Assembly (NCBI GenBank): GCA_021613535.1
Contig: CP075494.1
Span: 9,858,001 to 9,922,000 of the forward strand
Length of the DNA stretch: 64,000 bases
DNA from: Adineta vaga
Taxonomy: Eukaryota > Animalia > Rotifera
Direction: 5' to 3'
Below, piece after piece: positions 1 to 13,870 of the stretch. Below the pieces are notes generated by a model. The model was not told where the DNA came from, searched no databases, and saw only the letters and a list, made by a program, of their open reading frames with translations. The number at the start of each line of letters is the position of its first letter. Within the stretch, counting starts at the first letter, position 1. Both the position numbers and the translations under genes were made by a program.

Positions 1-2057
1 CATTGAATATTCCATATTTTGAAGGAGACTTTTGGTCGAATATTATTGAAGAAAGTATAAAAGGTATGTGTGTAATTTTTTTTTGAATTAAAATTGAATC
101 CGAGAAAATTTCTCTTTAGAACTTGATCAAGAAGAAGAAGATCGAAGAAAACAAGAAGTTGAAGCAGCAAGAGCCATGGAAGATGGTGGATTTGATGATC
201 CTATTGAACCAGAAGATCAAACCGATGTAAATAAATTTTCCTTAAACGAGTATATCTCTATTTTTCATATTGTTTTTCAATAGACATCCGATAAACGTAA
301 ATCAACTACGACCTATAAAAAGAAGAATTTGAAAAAAACAACATCCAGTCAACGTAAAGTAGCAAAAAAACAAATGTCAAATTGTACTGATTTATTATCG
401 AAAGTTTTCGCTACTATGGAAAAACATAAAGAGGTAAATATACAAACAAAAATATAGATTTAATAGATATCTATGAAATTCTTTAGGCATTCTTTGTTAT
501 TCGTCTTCGTAATCCTATTGCATCTTGTCCAGCTGTTAATGATACGGATGCTTTAATTCAGTGTGATTTAATGGATACTCGAGATGCTTTTTTAAATTTT
601 GCTCGCGATAAACATTATGAATTTTCTTCATTACGTCGTGCCAAATTTTCTACCATGGCTCTTCTCTATGAATTACACACGTCAACAACAGATAAATTTA
701 CATATAATTGTAATACATGTCGACAACAATGTGAAATACGTTATCATTGTACTGTATGTGAAGATTTTGATCTCTGTGAGAAATGTTATAATATTGAACC
801 TAAACATGAACATAAAATGGAACGTTCTGTTCCATCAATTGTCGAAGATTGTGATCAAAATTCTTCAAATCCAAATGGTAAATCAATGGCTAGTTCACAA
901 TTGCAACGCCAACAATCTATGCAACGTTGTATTGAAGCATTATTACATGCTGTTAATTGTCGAAATGCAAATTGTGTTAATCGAAGTTGTTTTCGTTATA
1001 AACGTGTTATACAACATACGAAAGATTGTAAAGGAAAAAATAGTCAATGTAATGTTTGTAAACAAGTGATATTTCTCTGTTGGTATCATGCAAAAAGTTG
1101 TATGGATCAACATTGTCAAGTACCGTTTTGTACGAATTTAAAAACTAAAATACAAAAACAAAGAGCGACTAGCTCACAAACTGATCGACGTCGTATGCAA
1201 GCGATGATGCAACAGAGAACGAGTACAATGCAATCACAGACACAAGGTAAATATTCAGTTTTTCAATTCATATCTATAAGATAGTATCATATTATCATTC
1301 GTATTGAACTTAAATTGCAAAGAAAAAACTCTATCATATATTTTTAGTATCAACCACACCAACTCGTACTGATTCCATATCGAATTCCTCTCATTTATCA
1401 TCCTATGATACGGCTCTAACAAATCAATCAGTAAATAATTCATCGGGTAAACCATCTGTAACACTTATTCGTACACCTCAACAACAAACTAATTGGCATA
1501 ACCAACCACAACCACAACAACAAACATATATTATGGCACAGAAACCAAACACTGGTAAACCAATTAGTAATCTATCTCAACAACAACAACAACAACAACC
1601 ATCCAATGACTTAAGTTTATTAATCAATCGAGTTAAACAAGATCCATCTACTGATGAACAACAACGATCTGACATAAATGATCAAAATAAACAACAACCT
1701 ATGTTTTCACCATTACTAAATAAAACTTCGACTAATCGTTTACCAACTTCAACATACATACAACCACAACAAAATTGGTATTCGTCAACCTCTCAGCAAC
1801 AATTTAATCCGCCATCTAATTTTTCAACTGCCACACGTCCTCGTTATCCATCTGTTATGCCTCAACAAACTCAAAATCAATCATCACCACAAACACTTTT
1901 AGCACCATTAAGACCGAATTCTTCAACTCTACCTCCTACTTATATAACACGAACAAGTTCAACACCAAATTTACCGCGAGCACAATTGATAAGACCTCAT
2001 CAATTCTCTTCCCAACAACAACAGCCACCATCCTCACAAGATCCATCTATACGCTAA
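1..2057 (+). CDS. CBP: CREB-binding protein/p300 histone acetyltransferase, 3' part (end of HAT domain, ZZ, TAZ2, Q-rich tail); multi-exon, 5' end outside window
   Basis: Spliced translation gives IPYFEGDFWSNIIEE, MEKHKEAFFVIRL, CDLMDTRDAFLNFARDKHYEFSSLRRAKFST, ZZ finger (YHCTVCEDFDLCEKCY) and TAZ2 (CIEALLHAVNCRNANC...HAKSC...CQVPFC); stop at 2055-2057. Confidence 0.95.
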
Positions 2058-3208
2058 TGTTTCTTTTCTCTCCTTTCATTTTTGATTTTGTCTGTACATG
2101 TTTGTTTTCTTTTCATTTTCTTTTCTCTGCGTTTGTCCTTCTTTATTTCTTGCTCTTTTTTTTACGTCTATATTTGATACACACTATTAACCTTCTCCGT
2201 TTGTCTTTTGCTTGTGTGCGCGTGTGTATGATCCGTTCGTTTCCTATATGATGAGAAAATAAAAGTAGTTACTTTTTTGAAACAGGAACGATTTTATTTT
2301 ATTTTTCTGCCTGGCAAAGAAGAACTTCTGTGCGTATGTATATAGATTTGAGATATTCATTCATCAGCATGCGCTTGGTTCTATCTTTTTCTAACATTTT
2401 TCTATGTTGTTTGTGGCGTGCTTTGCTTTCTTTCATTCATGTTCCTTTTTACAAAAAATAACCAACAACTTAAACAAGAAGAACCGTGTGTATGTCGGTT
2501 TGGTTTCTTTCTTTCTTTCTCTTTCTTTCGTTCGATTTTTTAATCACTGTCGTTTTCCTTGAACATTTTTGGTTTTGTTGTTGTTGTTCTTCTCAACTGT
2601 CAAGTTGAGTCTTTTTTTTTTTCGTTTTTTTTCCTTTTTCTTTTTGATATGTGAATAATAAAACAAAAACAAGATGAAATATTTCGTCAAATTATCAAAC
2701 ATATAACCTCAATTAATAGTTGTTAAGCACAATCGTTTGTAATGATAATCAAAATTTATTAAGAGAGATATAAAAAAAATATGAACATTTAGTTTGATTT
2801 CAATTCATTCATTCGAAGTTTTTTTACATTAATTCTGCAATTGTTTTCGTTTACCATGAAGATCCATAAGTGATTCAGTTGATTCTGATCTATCATCTTG
2901 AATGAAGGATTGTTTGATGTTGATTTTTACACGACATTCTTTTGCATAAGTTGAGAAAATATCGAGTAATCGATGAAATGTTTCTATATTAGCATAAATT
3001 CTATGACCAGTAAACGATGAATCTTTTGGATTTTATAATAAGTTTGGTTTTAGATAGAGAGAACGAGAATTTATATAGACGATATGCGCTATTGTACACG
3101 TGATCTTTCTTCTAATGTATTACCTCGATTATACGTACATAAAAATATGTATCGAAGTTGCAAAATATACTTTGATTATTTTGATTAAACCTAGTTATAT
3201 GCATGTCT

Positions 3209-3568
3209 CTATAAAATATTTTGTGCCGGAAGCATTTTATAATAAAATCTATGTCTTTCTATCAGATCTATGTGTGTGCCACTTTCTACTCCGTGTTCTT
3301 TATCCATAACATATATTAAATTACATGAAAGAATAGTCGATAGACGATGAGCAATGATGATTGATGTTCGACTTGGATCTTCTGCTTGAATGTGATCAAC
3401 AGCTCGTTGTGTAATCTATCATCAACAAGTGAAAAAATTGGCTAGATATGAAAAAAAAGAAGTGAAACTGACTCGTTCATTGAATGAATTTAGAGCACTT
3501 GTTGCTTCATCGAATAATAGAATCTTAGGTTGACGAAGAAGAACACGAGCCATCGTACTTCTATTCAT
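3209..3568 (-). pseudogene. Isolated C-terminal NBD2 fragment of an ABCB/P-glycoprotein transporter (2 exons)
   Basis: Reverse strand reads ARVLLRQPKILLFDEATSALNSFNE / ITQRAVD...SRTSIIIAHRLSTI...VESGTHIDLI (Walker B and H-loop); no upstream ABC exons seen. Confidence 0.75.
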
Positions 3569-4695
3569 TTTTCAAGTTCTTTCTTTATCAACATTTTTTT
3601 AAACATTGTTTATACAACAATTGATATCTTAACAATAAAAGTAAATTCTAGATGTATATGTATAAGAAGTAGACCATTCCGACTCGTTCACTACTTCGTT
3701 TTATGAAAATATATTTCAATTACGAGAATTATAAAGATGTTGCTAGATTTCAAAAACTGGAGTTTGAGTTGGATCTGGAATCAAAAAGGTCGATGATGCA
3801 GTACACTAGGCAGGACATATTCATCTTTCAATTCAACAGATATGAATCGATGTTTTGGTGTTGTAAACAACATAAAGTATTTTTTTGTTTCATTTACCTA
3901 CAGAAAATTCTTCATAGATGTTGCATTCTATTCAAAAAATAAGAACACTACAAATAAATATGATTATTGATGAATGATTGTCGCTCTAATTTTAAGAAAA
4001 ATAATCAGAATTGACAAGATAAGTCAAATAAGTAATACGAATTCTACGCATATATATATATATAATGCAGAATTTTTATTTTCTTCCATTTATAAACGCA
4101 ATCTTTAGTCAATGAAATTTAATATGTCAGTATGACATTGTATGTTCTCATCATCGTACTTATTGTGAACTGACAAACGATGAGAAATATAATATTTAAA
4201 ATATAGAACAGTTCTTTACAATCGCTAAAAAATCATAGAAAAACTTAAATGTATTGCTGTCTGCTCTTACTTAAGAAAATGAATCAAATTATTTTTATTA
4301 TCACGAGCAAGTATAAGATCATTTGGTTTGAAACTATACAATAGTTTGATCTTTAATGTGACTATGCAATTAATGATTTTCAATCTAGTTTATCGAGTAC
4401 TATTTTCATACAAACGATTTATTTGAAAATTATTCGTTGTGCATGATAATTCTTGTATTGTATATCCTTGACATTTTCAAGTATATTTTGAATTGCTGTT
4501 TATCAAATCGAAAAGGTCATCTATTTGTTGTGATTGATCACAGAGGAATTAGTGAGATATGGTATTTAATGATCTTTTTATTCGAACTTTGAAGAACAAG
4601 ATCGCATCTCTTTATAGTCTGTAATCAGATTTCTTTTCTTTTATGTTTATTTTATCAAAAGAGAAGACTCAACTTCTTTCATAGATCTAAAAAAT

Positions 4696-7282
4696 ATGCC
4701 AAGTGAAATTCTCAAATGGTTTAAACAACGATGGCGTTTATTAGTTGTCATATTAACACCATTGATTCTCCTTCCAATTCCACTTGTTGGCAATTCAACG
4801 GTATAAAAAAAATCTTTTTAAATTTTGCTTGTTTTACAAGTTCTATATTGAATTCTTCTTTAGCAAGCAAGATGTGGTTACGTAGTGCTAATTTTAACTA
4901 TCTTTTGGGTTTTTGAAGCCATACCTTTGCCAGTTACGTCTCTTTTACCACTTGCACTGTTTCCAATGGTAAGTTTTCTTTCGTACAAATCATTTTATAC
5001 TTCAATCTCTATTGTATAGGCAGGAGTTTTACGCGCAGATGAAGTAGCACCACATTATTTCAGAGATATTATTACACTTTTCTTTGGTAGTATGAGTATA
5101 GCTTATGCGGTTGAATCAGTGCAGCTTCATCGAAGAATTGCATTGTTCGTATTGAGTCTTGTAGGTACATCAACGAAATGGTAGGAAAATAATTATTTAT
5201 CTTTAATCGTCACTTGATTTCATCTGTGTTTTTAGGTCAATGGCTGGTATAATGGGTGTGACTGCTTTTCTTTCCATGTGGATAAATAATACAGCAGCAA
5301 CATCAGTGATGTTACCAGTTGTTTTGGCAATTACAAATGAACTTGAAAATCATCATAAAGGCTATCATGAAAAGAAGTATGCACTCAAAGAAGCAACATG
5401 TGCAGTAAATGGTAATTAATTGATTTAGACGATAAAACTTATTCATAATTCATCTCTTTTCATAGAAGTACTTGATTTAACTCAAACTGAATTAGCTTAT
5501 GATCGTACTCCCGAAGTTATTCTAAATACATTACATATTGAAGAACCGTATAGAGACAATCAGTTTAGCTCAACTATTTTTTTTCTGTATTGCAATTTTC
5601 TTTTGTAGTAAATCAATCAATTCAGGAACGGTGAAAAAGCATTTTCAATTGCCATGGAAAAAATCAAATCAATTGATACCACATACATCCGTACAAACAA
5701 AATATGAAAATATTAAAAAAGGTATTTATTTACATTTGAAAAAAAAAGGTTTTATCAAAAATTTCTTTGTATAGGTTTTCTTTTGGCTGTTGCATATTCA
5801 GCTTCCATTGGTGGTTTATCGAGTTTAGTTGGAACAGCACCGAATATATTTGTTAAAGGTTTTGCTGATAGGTTATAAGACGAAAACGATACTTTTTTTC
5901 TCTTCTATTATTATTATTATTTGATTTCATCTATTCGTAGTCATTATAAAAATACGGCTTTTCGGATAAATTTTCTTAATTTTCTACTCTTCGCTTTGCC
6001 TGTCGCTCTATTGATGCTTGTTGTCTGTTGGTTATGGTTACAGATTTATTACAATACAAAAGAGTTTGATACATCTTAAATAGAAAAATATAGTTCGTTA
6101 AAGCGCTTTTTTTGTCGTAGATTTTTTCAATGGCGTGCTGATTTGGAATCACAAGCTGTACAAGCTGATTTAAGAGCGATGTTAAACAAGCAATATACTG
6201 ATCTTGGACGACCAAAGTAAATTAATATATTTCGTTGTATTGAACTTCATTTTAATTGTACTTTAGATGGAATGAAATATCCGTAGCAATTGTGTTTGTT
6301 CTCATGATTCTTCTTTGGATTACGAAAGATTTTTCTGGTACACCAGGATGGGAGATAATCTTTCGTCGGAAATTTATTAGTGATGGAACCGTTGGAATTT
6401 TTTGTGGAATACTTCCATTGATTTTACCAAATGCCAATCCTTTCCAAAGTTAGATTGATATTTGCAAGATAATTTTGAAATCATCTGCTATTTTTGTAGA
6501 AGATTGGTCTTATCAACCAATTATTCGTTGGAATGATCTCGCAAAAAATATGCCATGGGGTGCATTGTTGCTACTCGGTGCTGGTCTAGTTGTTGCAGAT
6601 GCTTTTCAAGTTGAATAGTTGATCAAATCGTTTCCATATTTAGTTGTTTCCTTTTAGGTTTCAAAATTATCACAAAGTGTTGCAAAAGCACTTGGCTTTC
6701 TCGCTGGTGTTCCACGGGCAGCCGTTATTTTAGTCATTATTATTATTAGTGGATTTTTTACTGAAGTTACATCAAATTTAAGTACAGCAAGTATATTCTT
6801 TCCTGTTTTAGATTCAGTTGTAAGTTGAAAAATATCTACTAGGATATAAAATAACCTTTCTCTCTCAGGGACGTTCATCTGGTATTCATCCTGCATATCT
6901 TATTCTTCCTTGCACATTAGCAGTTTCATTAGCTTTTATGTTACCTATTGGTAAGAAAGTGTATTCAAAATGAAGTTGAACGAATTTCTTTTAATAACGT
7001 GTTTTTTAGCAACACCACCAAATGCCATTGTTTTCGCAAGTGGAGTTATTCGTGTTATTGATATGGTGAACTATATATATTGAAATTTAAATATCGAAGC
7101 TTTTCATTATTATATAGGTTAAAACTGGTATTGTTATGAACATAATTGGTTTTCTAATCATTTTCTTTGCAGCAACCACGTGGATGCCAAAAATTTTCGG
7201 ATTAGATGATCGAGCAACGGCAATATTTCTTCATTTAAATACAACAATTAACAATCAAAACTTATACAATGGAACCGGATGA
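4696..7282 (+). CDS. SLC13 / INDY-like Na+-dicarboxylate/sulfate cotransporter, multi-exon
   Basis: Exons encode WVFEAIPLPVTSLLP, LHRRIALFVL, FLSMWINNTAAT, AYSASIGGLSSLVGTAPN, TEVTSNLSTA, AFMLPIATPPNAIVF. Confidence 0.93.
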
Positions 7283-7623
7283 AAATAGTGTTATGTTTTT
7301 GTGTTCATGTACGAGAGAAAAAAAGACCTTTTTTTCTATATATAATAGTTGCTTGTAATAAAAACTACCAGATAGACAGATGGTTTTATGATTAGGTGAA
7401 AAAACAATCGTTAATTTGATTTCTATAGGAAAAAGGAAAAGGAAAAGGATGTTATACTAATAATATACTTAAACGTTTTGACAACTAGCGACATCAAATG
7501 ATTTGTTGATTGGTTCGTTTATGAGGACGAATAATGATGAAATATTACTTGTTAGTAAATGGTTTATTTTGTTTACTTGAGAGGAATCAGTTGCTTATAA
7601 CACGAACTTTTAGATAAATTATC

Positions 7624-10148
7624 ATGGGACGACGAAAGAAAACCGATGAGAAAACAGCGAAACCAATTCGTGGTCCGGGTCGAAAAGCAAAGAAACAAGG
7701 TGCACCAACATTTCCTAAAGAATTATTACCAACAGGTAAAAAATATTTTTACTAATTTTTTTTTTCATATAAAATCGTTTTATTTGAAGCTTCGACTGAA
7801 AAAAAGAAAATATCAAGTCGTGGTAGACAACGGTAAGAATACAATAATATTCTTCATGTCAATTAGTACGTATCGATTGTTATGGTGTTTTTTTTTCTAG
7901 AGCACGTAAACGTTTGGAAAAAGAAGAATTAAAACAAACAAATAAAAAAAATCCAAGTTTGTTTCAATTGAAACTTCGTTATCGATTGAAATTTTTTTTT
8001 CTTCATCTTTTAGAACTTGTAACAAGAACAAAAAAACGTCAATCGGATGGTGAATCCAATGAAGATGAGGAGGAAGAACAACAACAAATAAATGGATTTA
8101 CTGATGAAAATCAACAATGGCTTAAGCCAAAAAAGAAAAAAGTACTTTTTCAAAATAAATTCAATGAAAATCGTTTTTTCTGAACATATCATTTAGGTAT
8201 TATTTGATGATGATCAAAATGGTGAAGAAGTAATGGATGAAGATGTCCCATTTGATGATGAATTCAATGATGTGGAAAGTACTACCGATGAAGACGAAGA
8301 CGAAGACGAAACGGATGAACCCAAGGTTTGTTTTGTGAAAAAAAATTTCTGTGTGCCTTTTTATATCGAATTGAGTTTTTGGTTTAGCTTGATATTGAAA
8401 AAAAATCGAAAAAAATACGTGAAAAACAAAAGCAAGCAAAAGAACGTTCAGAACAAGAATTATTAACAAATATTCAACAACAAGAAAAAGTCCAATTTCC
8501 AAGTGGCCAAGAAATAACCAAAGATGGTTTGTTTGTTTTGAAAAGAAATTAAGTAAATAAGAAATTATATTTTAGCTCCGCAAGCTGATTTACAATTAAT
8601 CATGCATCGTATTCGTGAAGTAATCAATGTTTTAAATGATTTTAAAACAAAACGTGAACCGAACCGTTCACGAAAAGAATATTTGGATTTGCTTCAACAA
8701 GATCTATGTAATTATTATTCATATAATGATTTTCTAATGAATAAACTTTTGGATCTATTTCCACTTGCTGAAGTAATGATCAATTCTTTGTTTTTAATAT
8801 TTCAAAACTGGATTTATATTTTGAAATAGATTATTGACTTTTTGGAAGCTAATGAAGTTCAACGACCAGTTACGATTCGAACGAATACATTAAAAACACG
8901 TCGTCGTGATCTAGCTCAAGCTTTGATCAATCGTGGTGTTAACGTTGATCCATTAGATAAATGGACTAAAGTTGGATTAGTTATCTACAACAGTCAAGTA
9001 CCAATTGGTGCCACACCAGAATATCTTAGTGGACATTATATGCTTCAAGGTGCTTCTAGTTTTCTACCTGTTATGGCATTAGCACCACAACCGAATGAAC
9101 GTATTTTGGATATGTGTGCTGCACCAGGTGGAAAAGCGAGTTATATTGGTAGAATTTCATATTTTCAAAGATAAACTTTCCTCATGATTGTTTTATGTAT
9201 CTTTTAGGTGCATTGATGAGAAATAGTGGTATATTGGTAGCAAATGATGCAAATAAAGATCGTGCTCGAGCAATTATTGCTAATACACATCGATTAGGTT
9301 TAACAAATACAATTGTAACTAATCTTGATGGACGACAATTTTCCGAAGTATGTGATAATCGAGTTTGAAGTGATTGCATCATATGAAAGATGTTGTTTTT
9401 AGCATATGGGTGGTTTTGATCGTTGTCTTGTTGATGCACCATGTAGTGGTACAGGTGTTATTTCGAAAGATCCAGCCGTAAAAAGTTCTAAAGTAAATTT
9501 TGCATTAAAATGAAATTCGATGAATATTAATCATTGCCGAATATCTATTAGGATGAAAAAGATATTCAACGATGTTTTACTGCTCAACGCCAAATTTTAT
9601 TAAATGCTATTGATGCAGTGAATGAAAGCTCGGCAACTGGTGGTTATATCGTTTATTCGACTTGTTCAATTCTAGTAAGTTTATGAGAAATTAGGAAATG
9701 AATAGTTGGAATTTTTGCTTTGCTAGGTCGAAGAAAATGAAGCAGTTATTCAATATGCATTAAATAATCGGCCTGTGAAACTTGTTGAAACGGGCTTAGA
9801 ATTTGGTGTTGAAGGTTTTACAAAGTAATTTGATTGATTTATATGTGTATCTCAATAGAAAAATTTCGTTTGTTTTAGTTTCAAAGGAACACAATTTCAT
9901 CCGTTTATGAAATACTGTCGTCGATACTATCCACATTTACATAATTTGGATGGTTTTTTTGTTGCAAAATTGAAGAAATATTCGACAAAACAAGGCAATA
10001 AAAAAGGTTCGTATTTTCAGTCAAATTTATTCTTTAAAATCGAAAAATTCTTTCTTTTTCTGTTTTCAATTCAGAAGCTGAATCAACAATACAAAAGAAG
10101 GATAAAAATCAAGAAGACAATTCCAATGCATCGATTGCCGATGATTAA
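7624..10148 (+). CDS. NOP2: NOP2/NSUN1 rRNA m5C methyltransferase, multi-exon
   Basis: MGRRKK...GPGRKAKKQ N-terminus; RPVTIRTNTLKTRRRDLAQALINRGVN; LDMCAAPGGK; DRCLVDAPCSGTGVI; VYSTCSI; RYYPHLHNLDGFFVAKLKK. Confidence 0.95.
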
Positions 10149-10251
10149 TTCTTTTTGTTTTTTGTTATAACACTTGTTTTGTTATGATGTTGTTGTTTTT
10201 TTTTACAATAACATGATATCTGATGTTTGTTCTCTTTTCAGATTGAATCAT

Positions 10252-12050
10252 ATGGATATCATTGGTATAGTAACACGTTTACCATCACTTGTCTTCGGTG
10301 CATCACGTTGTGATGATAGTTTTGCTGATCGTCTCTCTTATAAATATACTGTTCTTATGCTTGTTTTATTTGCTATTATTGTTACGAATAAACAATTTGG
10401 AACTAAACATATTCAATGTATGTGAAAGATATTACCTAGGAAATAATAGTTAAGTTTTGTTTAGGTTGGGTACCGGCGCAATTTACAAAAAATTATGAGG
10501 TAAAAAGAAGAGAAGTAACTTTTTCCAGAAAGATTTTATTGTTTAGGAATATGTTAATGATATATGTTGGGTATCGAATACGTATTATATCCCACTTGAT
10601 CAAAAAGTTCCAAAAATAGATCGAGAACGTCGCCAAAACGAATTACGTTATTATCAATGGATTCCATTTATTTTACTTCTTCAAGCATTTTGTTTCTATT
10701 TTCCACATATTGTTTGGCGATCATTGTCACGCCGAAGTGGAATCGATGTTCGTGATATTGTTGATGCAGCTATCAATTACAAATCTGTTGATACAGCAAC
10801 AAAAGACGATAAACATAAAAATGAATTGATGGATTATATTGTTGAAGCTATTGATAAATATGTTGATGATCCGCGACGACAAGCCGATGAACGTGGAGCT
10901 CGTATAAGCCCGAAACGTATTTTCATGACTATATGTATTTTTATGGGAAAATATTTGGGTAATTATTTAATTATTGTTTATTTTACAACGAAAGCACTTT
11001 TTATCACAAATGCTGTTTGTCAAATATTTTTATTAAATCTATTTTTGGGTCAAGAATTTCATCTATTTGGTATACAAGTATTATCAAGAATTTTCGAAGG
11101 ACGAGGTAACGATTATTCTTTATGAAACAATTTATTGATTTCACAGTCATCTTCATAGGTTGGGATACACAATCTCCGTATTTTCCAAAAGTAACTCTAT
11201 GCGATTTTCAAATTCGAGAAGCACTTCATCCACGTGATTCACATCGCTATACAGTACAATGTGTTCTTCCATTGAATTTATTTTCCCAACAAGTAATCCT
11301 TCATTGATCTATTCTTTGCTTTCAATTCACTTATCATCTTTTTAGATTTTTACTTTTATTTGGTTTTGGTATATGATGGTTTTCATAGTTGTAAGTGTAT
11401 CCGGATTGATTTTTATCAGTTACATATTGAGTTTTTTTTGCAGTCAATATTTGATGTTGTCGTATGGGTAACACGTTTTTTCCCGGATAAACAATATAAT
11501 TATATAAAACGACGCTTACAATTGATGAAACGTGATACAGATTTTAATTCTCAACCACCTGAATATGTCAAAGAGTGGTATAGAGAATTTATATTTGGTT
11601 ATCTTGAACCAGATGGGATCTTTATGCTTCGTTTACTTTCGTCGAATACAAGTGATTTTGTTTGTACTGAAGTATGAATTCGTTTTCCTTGATTGAAATC
11701 AAATATATTTTTTCATTTATTTTCTCCTCTTCGATTAGGTTATCAATCATCTTTGGCAAGCATTTTATTTAAGAGATCCCAAACAATTAAAACGTAGAAT
11801 AAAACATGAACTAAGCAGTGAATCATCAACAACAGAAAGTAAACGTCAAGTTTCTGATCCTATTGATTTATCTGAAGGTTATGAATCAATACGACGTCGT
11901 AGTACCAATTTCCCACCACCGCTACAATCTCCAACAGGTAAAACAAATATTGGTTATGGACCATTAATCCCAACGAATAATACTCATCGATATTCAACTG
12001 TTACAACCAAACAATCATCTCTTGCAACTCTAGTCGAAGGCGATGTTTAG
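10252..12050 (+). CDS. Innexin (gap-junction/hemichannel protein), multi-exon
   Basis: DDSFADRLSYKYT, IQCWVPAQF, CWVSNTYY, YYQWIPFILLLQA, FPKVTLCDF, YTVQCVLPLN, YLEPDGIFMLRL. Confidence 0.93.
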
Positions 12051-12280
12051 ATAAAACGAATCAGTTCATTTTTCAAATAATCTCAGTCATTTGTTTTCCT
12101 TTCTATTTTTCTGTATAAACTTAATTCGTGTTATTTTAGTATGTAGAAATTGTCAAGAATCTTTTCTTTTTTTTTTCATAGAATTTTTTTCTAATCATCT
12201 GGTCAATATTTTAAAACAGATAAATAAATGAGAATTTTTTTGTTTATATATATATTAGACATAAAACTGTACAAAATAAT

Positions 12281-12934
12281 CTACTTAAGATATTGTTGAT
12301 GAAAAATTTGTGCAAGTCTGTGATATCCATCTTTGGATGGATGGAATCCATCGAAAGATACATATTCAGGATGTTCACCTAATTCTTTCCAATGAGAATA
12401 TAAATCTACTAAATCACAATGATTCTTCTTCACAACACGTTTTATTGCATCATTCCATCGTTTAATTTGAATATTGAGAAGAAGTTTTGGAATTCCAAGA
12501 GATGTATAAATACTAACTTTAGTTAAATCGGGAACATTTCCAACAAAGATACGTGTATGATTACCTAATCGATTTCGCAATTCAGCTAAGATGAAATTAA
12601 GATTAGTTGTATAACTTGTTAAAATTGAACGATCGTGAACTTGTTGATTGAAATCATTCACAGCTAACCAGATGGTGATAACATCAGGTTTATGATCGAA
12701 AACTTTTGGTAATTGTTGTTTTAGTGCATTTTCAAGAGTTGATCCATTACGGCCAAGATTAATGATTTGTTCTGCTGATATTAATGAAGCAAAGGTTGGA
12801 ACCCAACCGTCAACTGATGGATTAGATGTTCCAAGTCCAACTGTATCTGATGCTCCAATACTAACATATTTTTCTACTTTCATTACAGATTTGTCTGTTC
12901 GCTTCGAATGTGTCGATGATACTTGATTACCCAT
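12281..12934 (-). CDS. SGNH/GDSL-family hydrolase, intronless
   Basis: YVSIGASDTVG (block I variant), NLGRNGS (II), IWLAVND (III), DGFHPS (V). Confidence 0.85.
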   Translation of the reverse strand: MGNQVSSTHSKRTDKSVMKVEKYVSIGASDTVGLGTSNPSVDGWVPTFASLISAEQIINLGRNGSTLENALKQQLPKVFDHKPDVITIWLAVNDFNQQVHDRSILTSYTTNLNFILAELRNRLGNHTRIFVGNVPDLTKVSIYTSLGIPKLLLNIQIKRWNDAIKRVVKKNHCDLVDLYSHWKELGEHPEYVSFDGFHPSKDGYHRLAQIFHQQYLK

Positions 12935-13273
12935 TTGAGTTCTATGCTTAGAGTTAAGCAGTCTTTTTCGGAACGCAGAAGAGGAAGAAGTGAACTTATA
13001 TATATGTAGGGAGAGAGAGAGTGCATTCTCTGCCTCACGTGAAGAAAAACATGCGTTCTGTTTCTTTCTGTGTGTGCCTTGCGAATAGACGAGAATATTC
13101 TACTACTATGACAACAACGCTTTTGAATAATACATCTATCGATGGGTTTCGTATAGGAAAATGTTTTGTTTCAAGTATAAAGAATAACGTTGAAATCTAC
13201 TACAAATGATAGAAATTTTGTTTAATTAGAAAAATACGAAATTAAAAGTCTGAATGGATCTTCGATAGTTTTT

Positions 13274-13870
13274 TTATTCTTCTCGAACGCGTTTGTGAAT
13301 TCGATGAGCTTTAGCTTTTCCACATTCCAAAATCTAAAAGCAAGTTGTTTCATATCAAATTATAGTACAAAGAGAGTTGTGTTTTATCTTACAATTTGTT
13401 GTTGATCTTGATCATCAACCCAACGTGTTACCATTGATTCTTTGCCATTTTTATCATGCATTGTTTGAATCCATTTACCATTTTCAAACCGAACGATTCC
13501 CTGAATGATAGTTCGAAATTTATATGATAAATTGAATATTCGAATGTATTGATTACTTTAAGTTCACGTCCATCTGCTGTCGTTTCTTCATATTCCTCAT
13601 TTGGAACAAATTCTATACTCATCGTTCTCAAACTTGTTTCTGTACGTAATGTCCATTTTCCATTAGTTTCACTGATAATAAGACGCGGTTTCATAGATTT
13701 TGCTACCATACGTCCCATCATGCCAACTCCGATCTCTTTCAAATACTCATCCATACTATCACCATTCACCTAATAAGAAAACAAAAGACATGATGATTAT
13801 TGATTTTATATCATTTACATACATAATCCCAGATACCTTTTAAAGCTTCAATTCTTTCATTCACAGCCAT
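13274..13870 (-). CDS. Fatty-acid-binding protein (iLBP), 4 exons
   Basis: Spliced: ALKGIWDYVNGDSMDEYLKEIGVG...EFVPNEEYEETTADGRELK...ILECGKAKAHRIHKR. Confidence 0.9.

Noticed and set aside
599-1069. Alternative-frame and antisense ORFs overlapping real exons (also 37058, 59538, 62851 and others)
   Set aside because: Shadow ORFs expected from AT-rich codon bias.
2790-3060. Coding-like stretch on the minus strand
   Set aside because: Contains stops and matches no family I recognise; not supportable.
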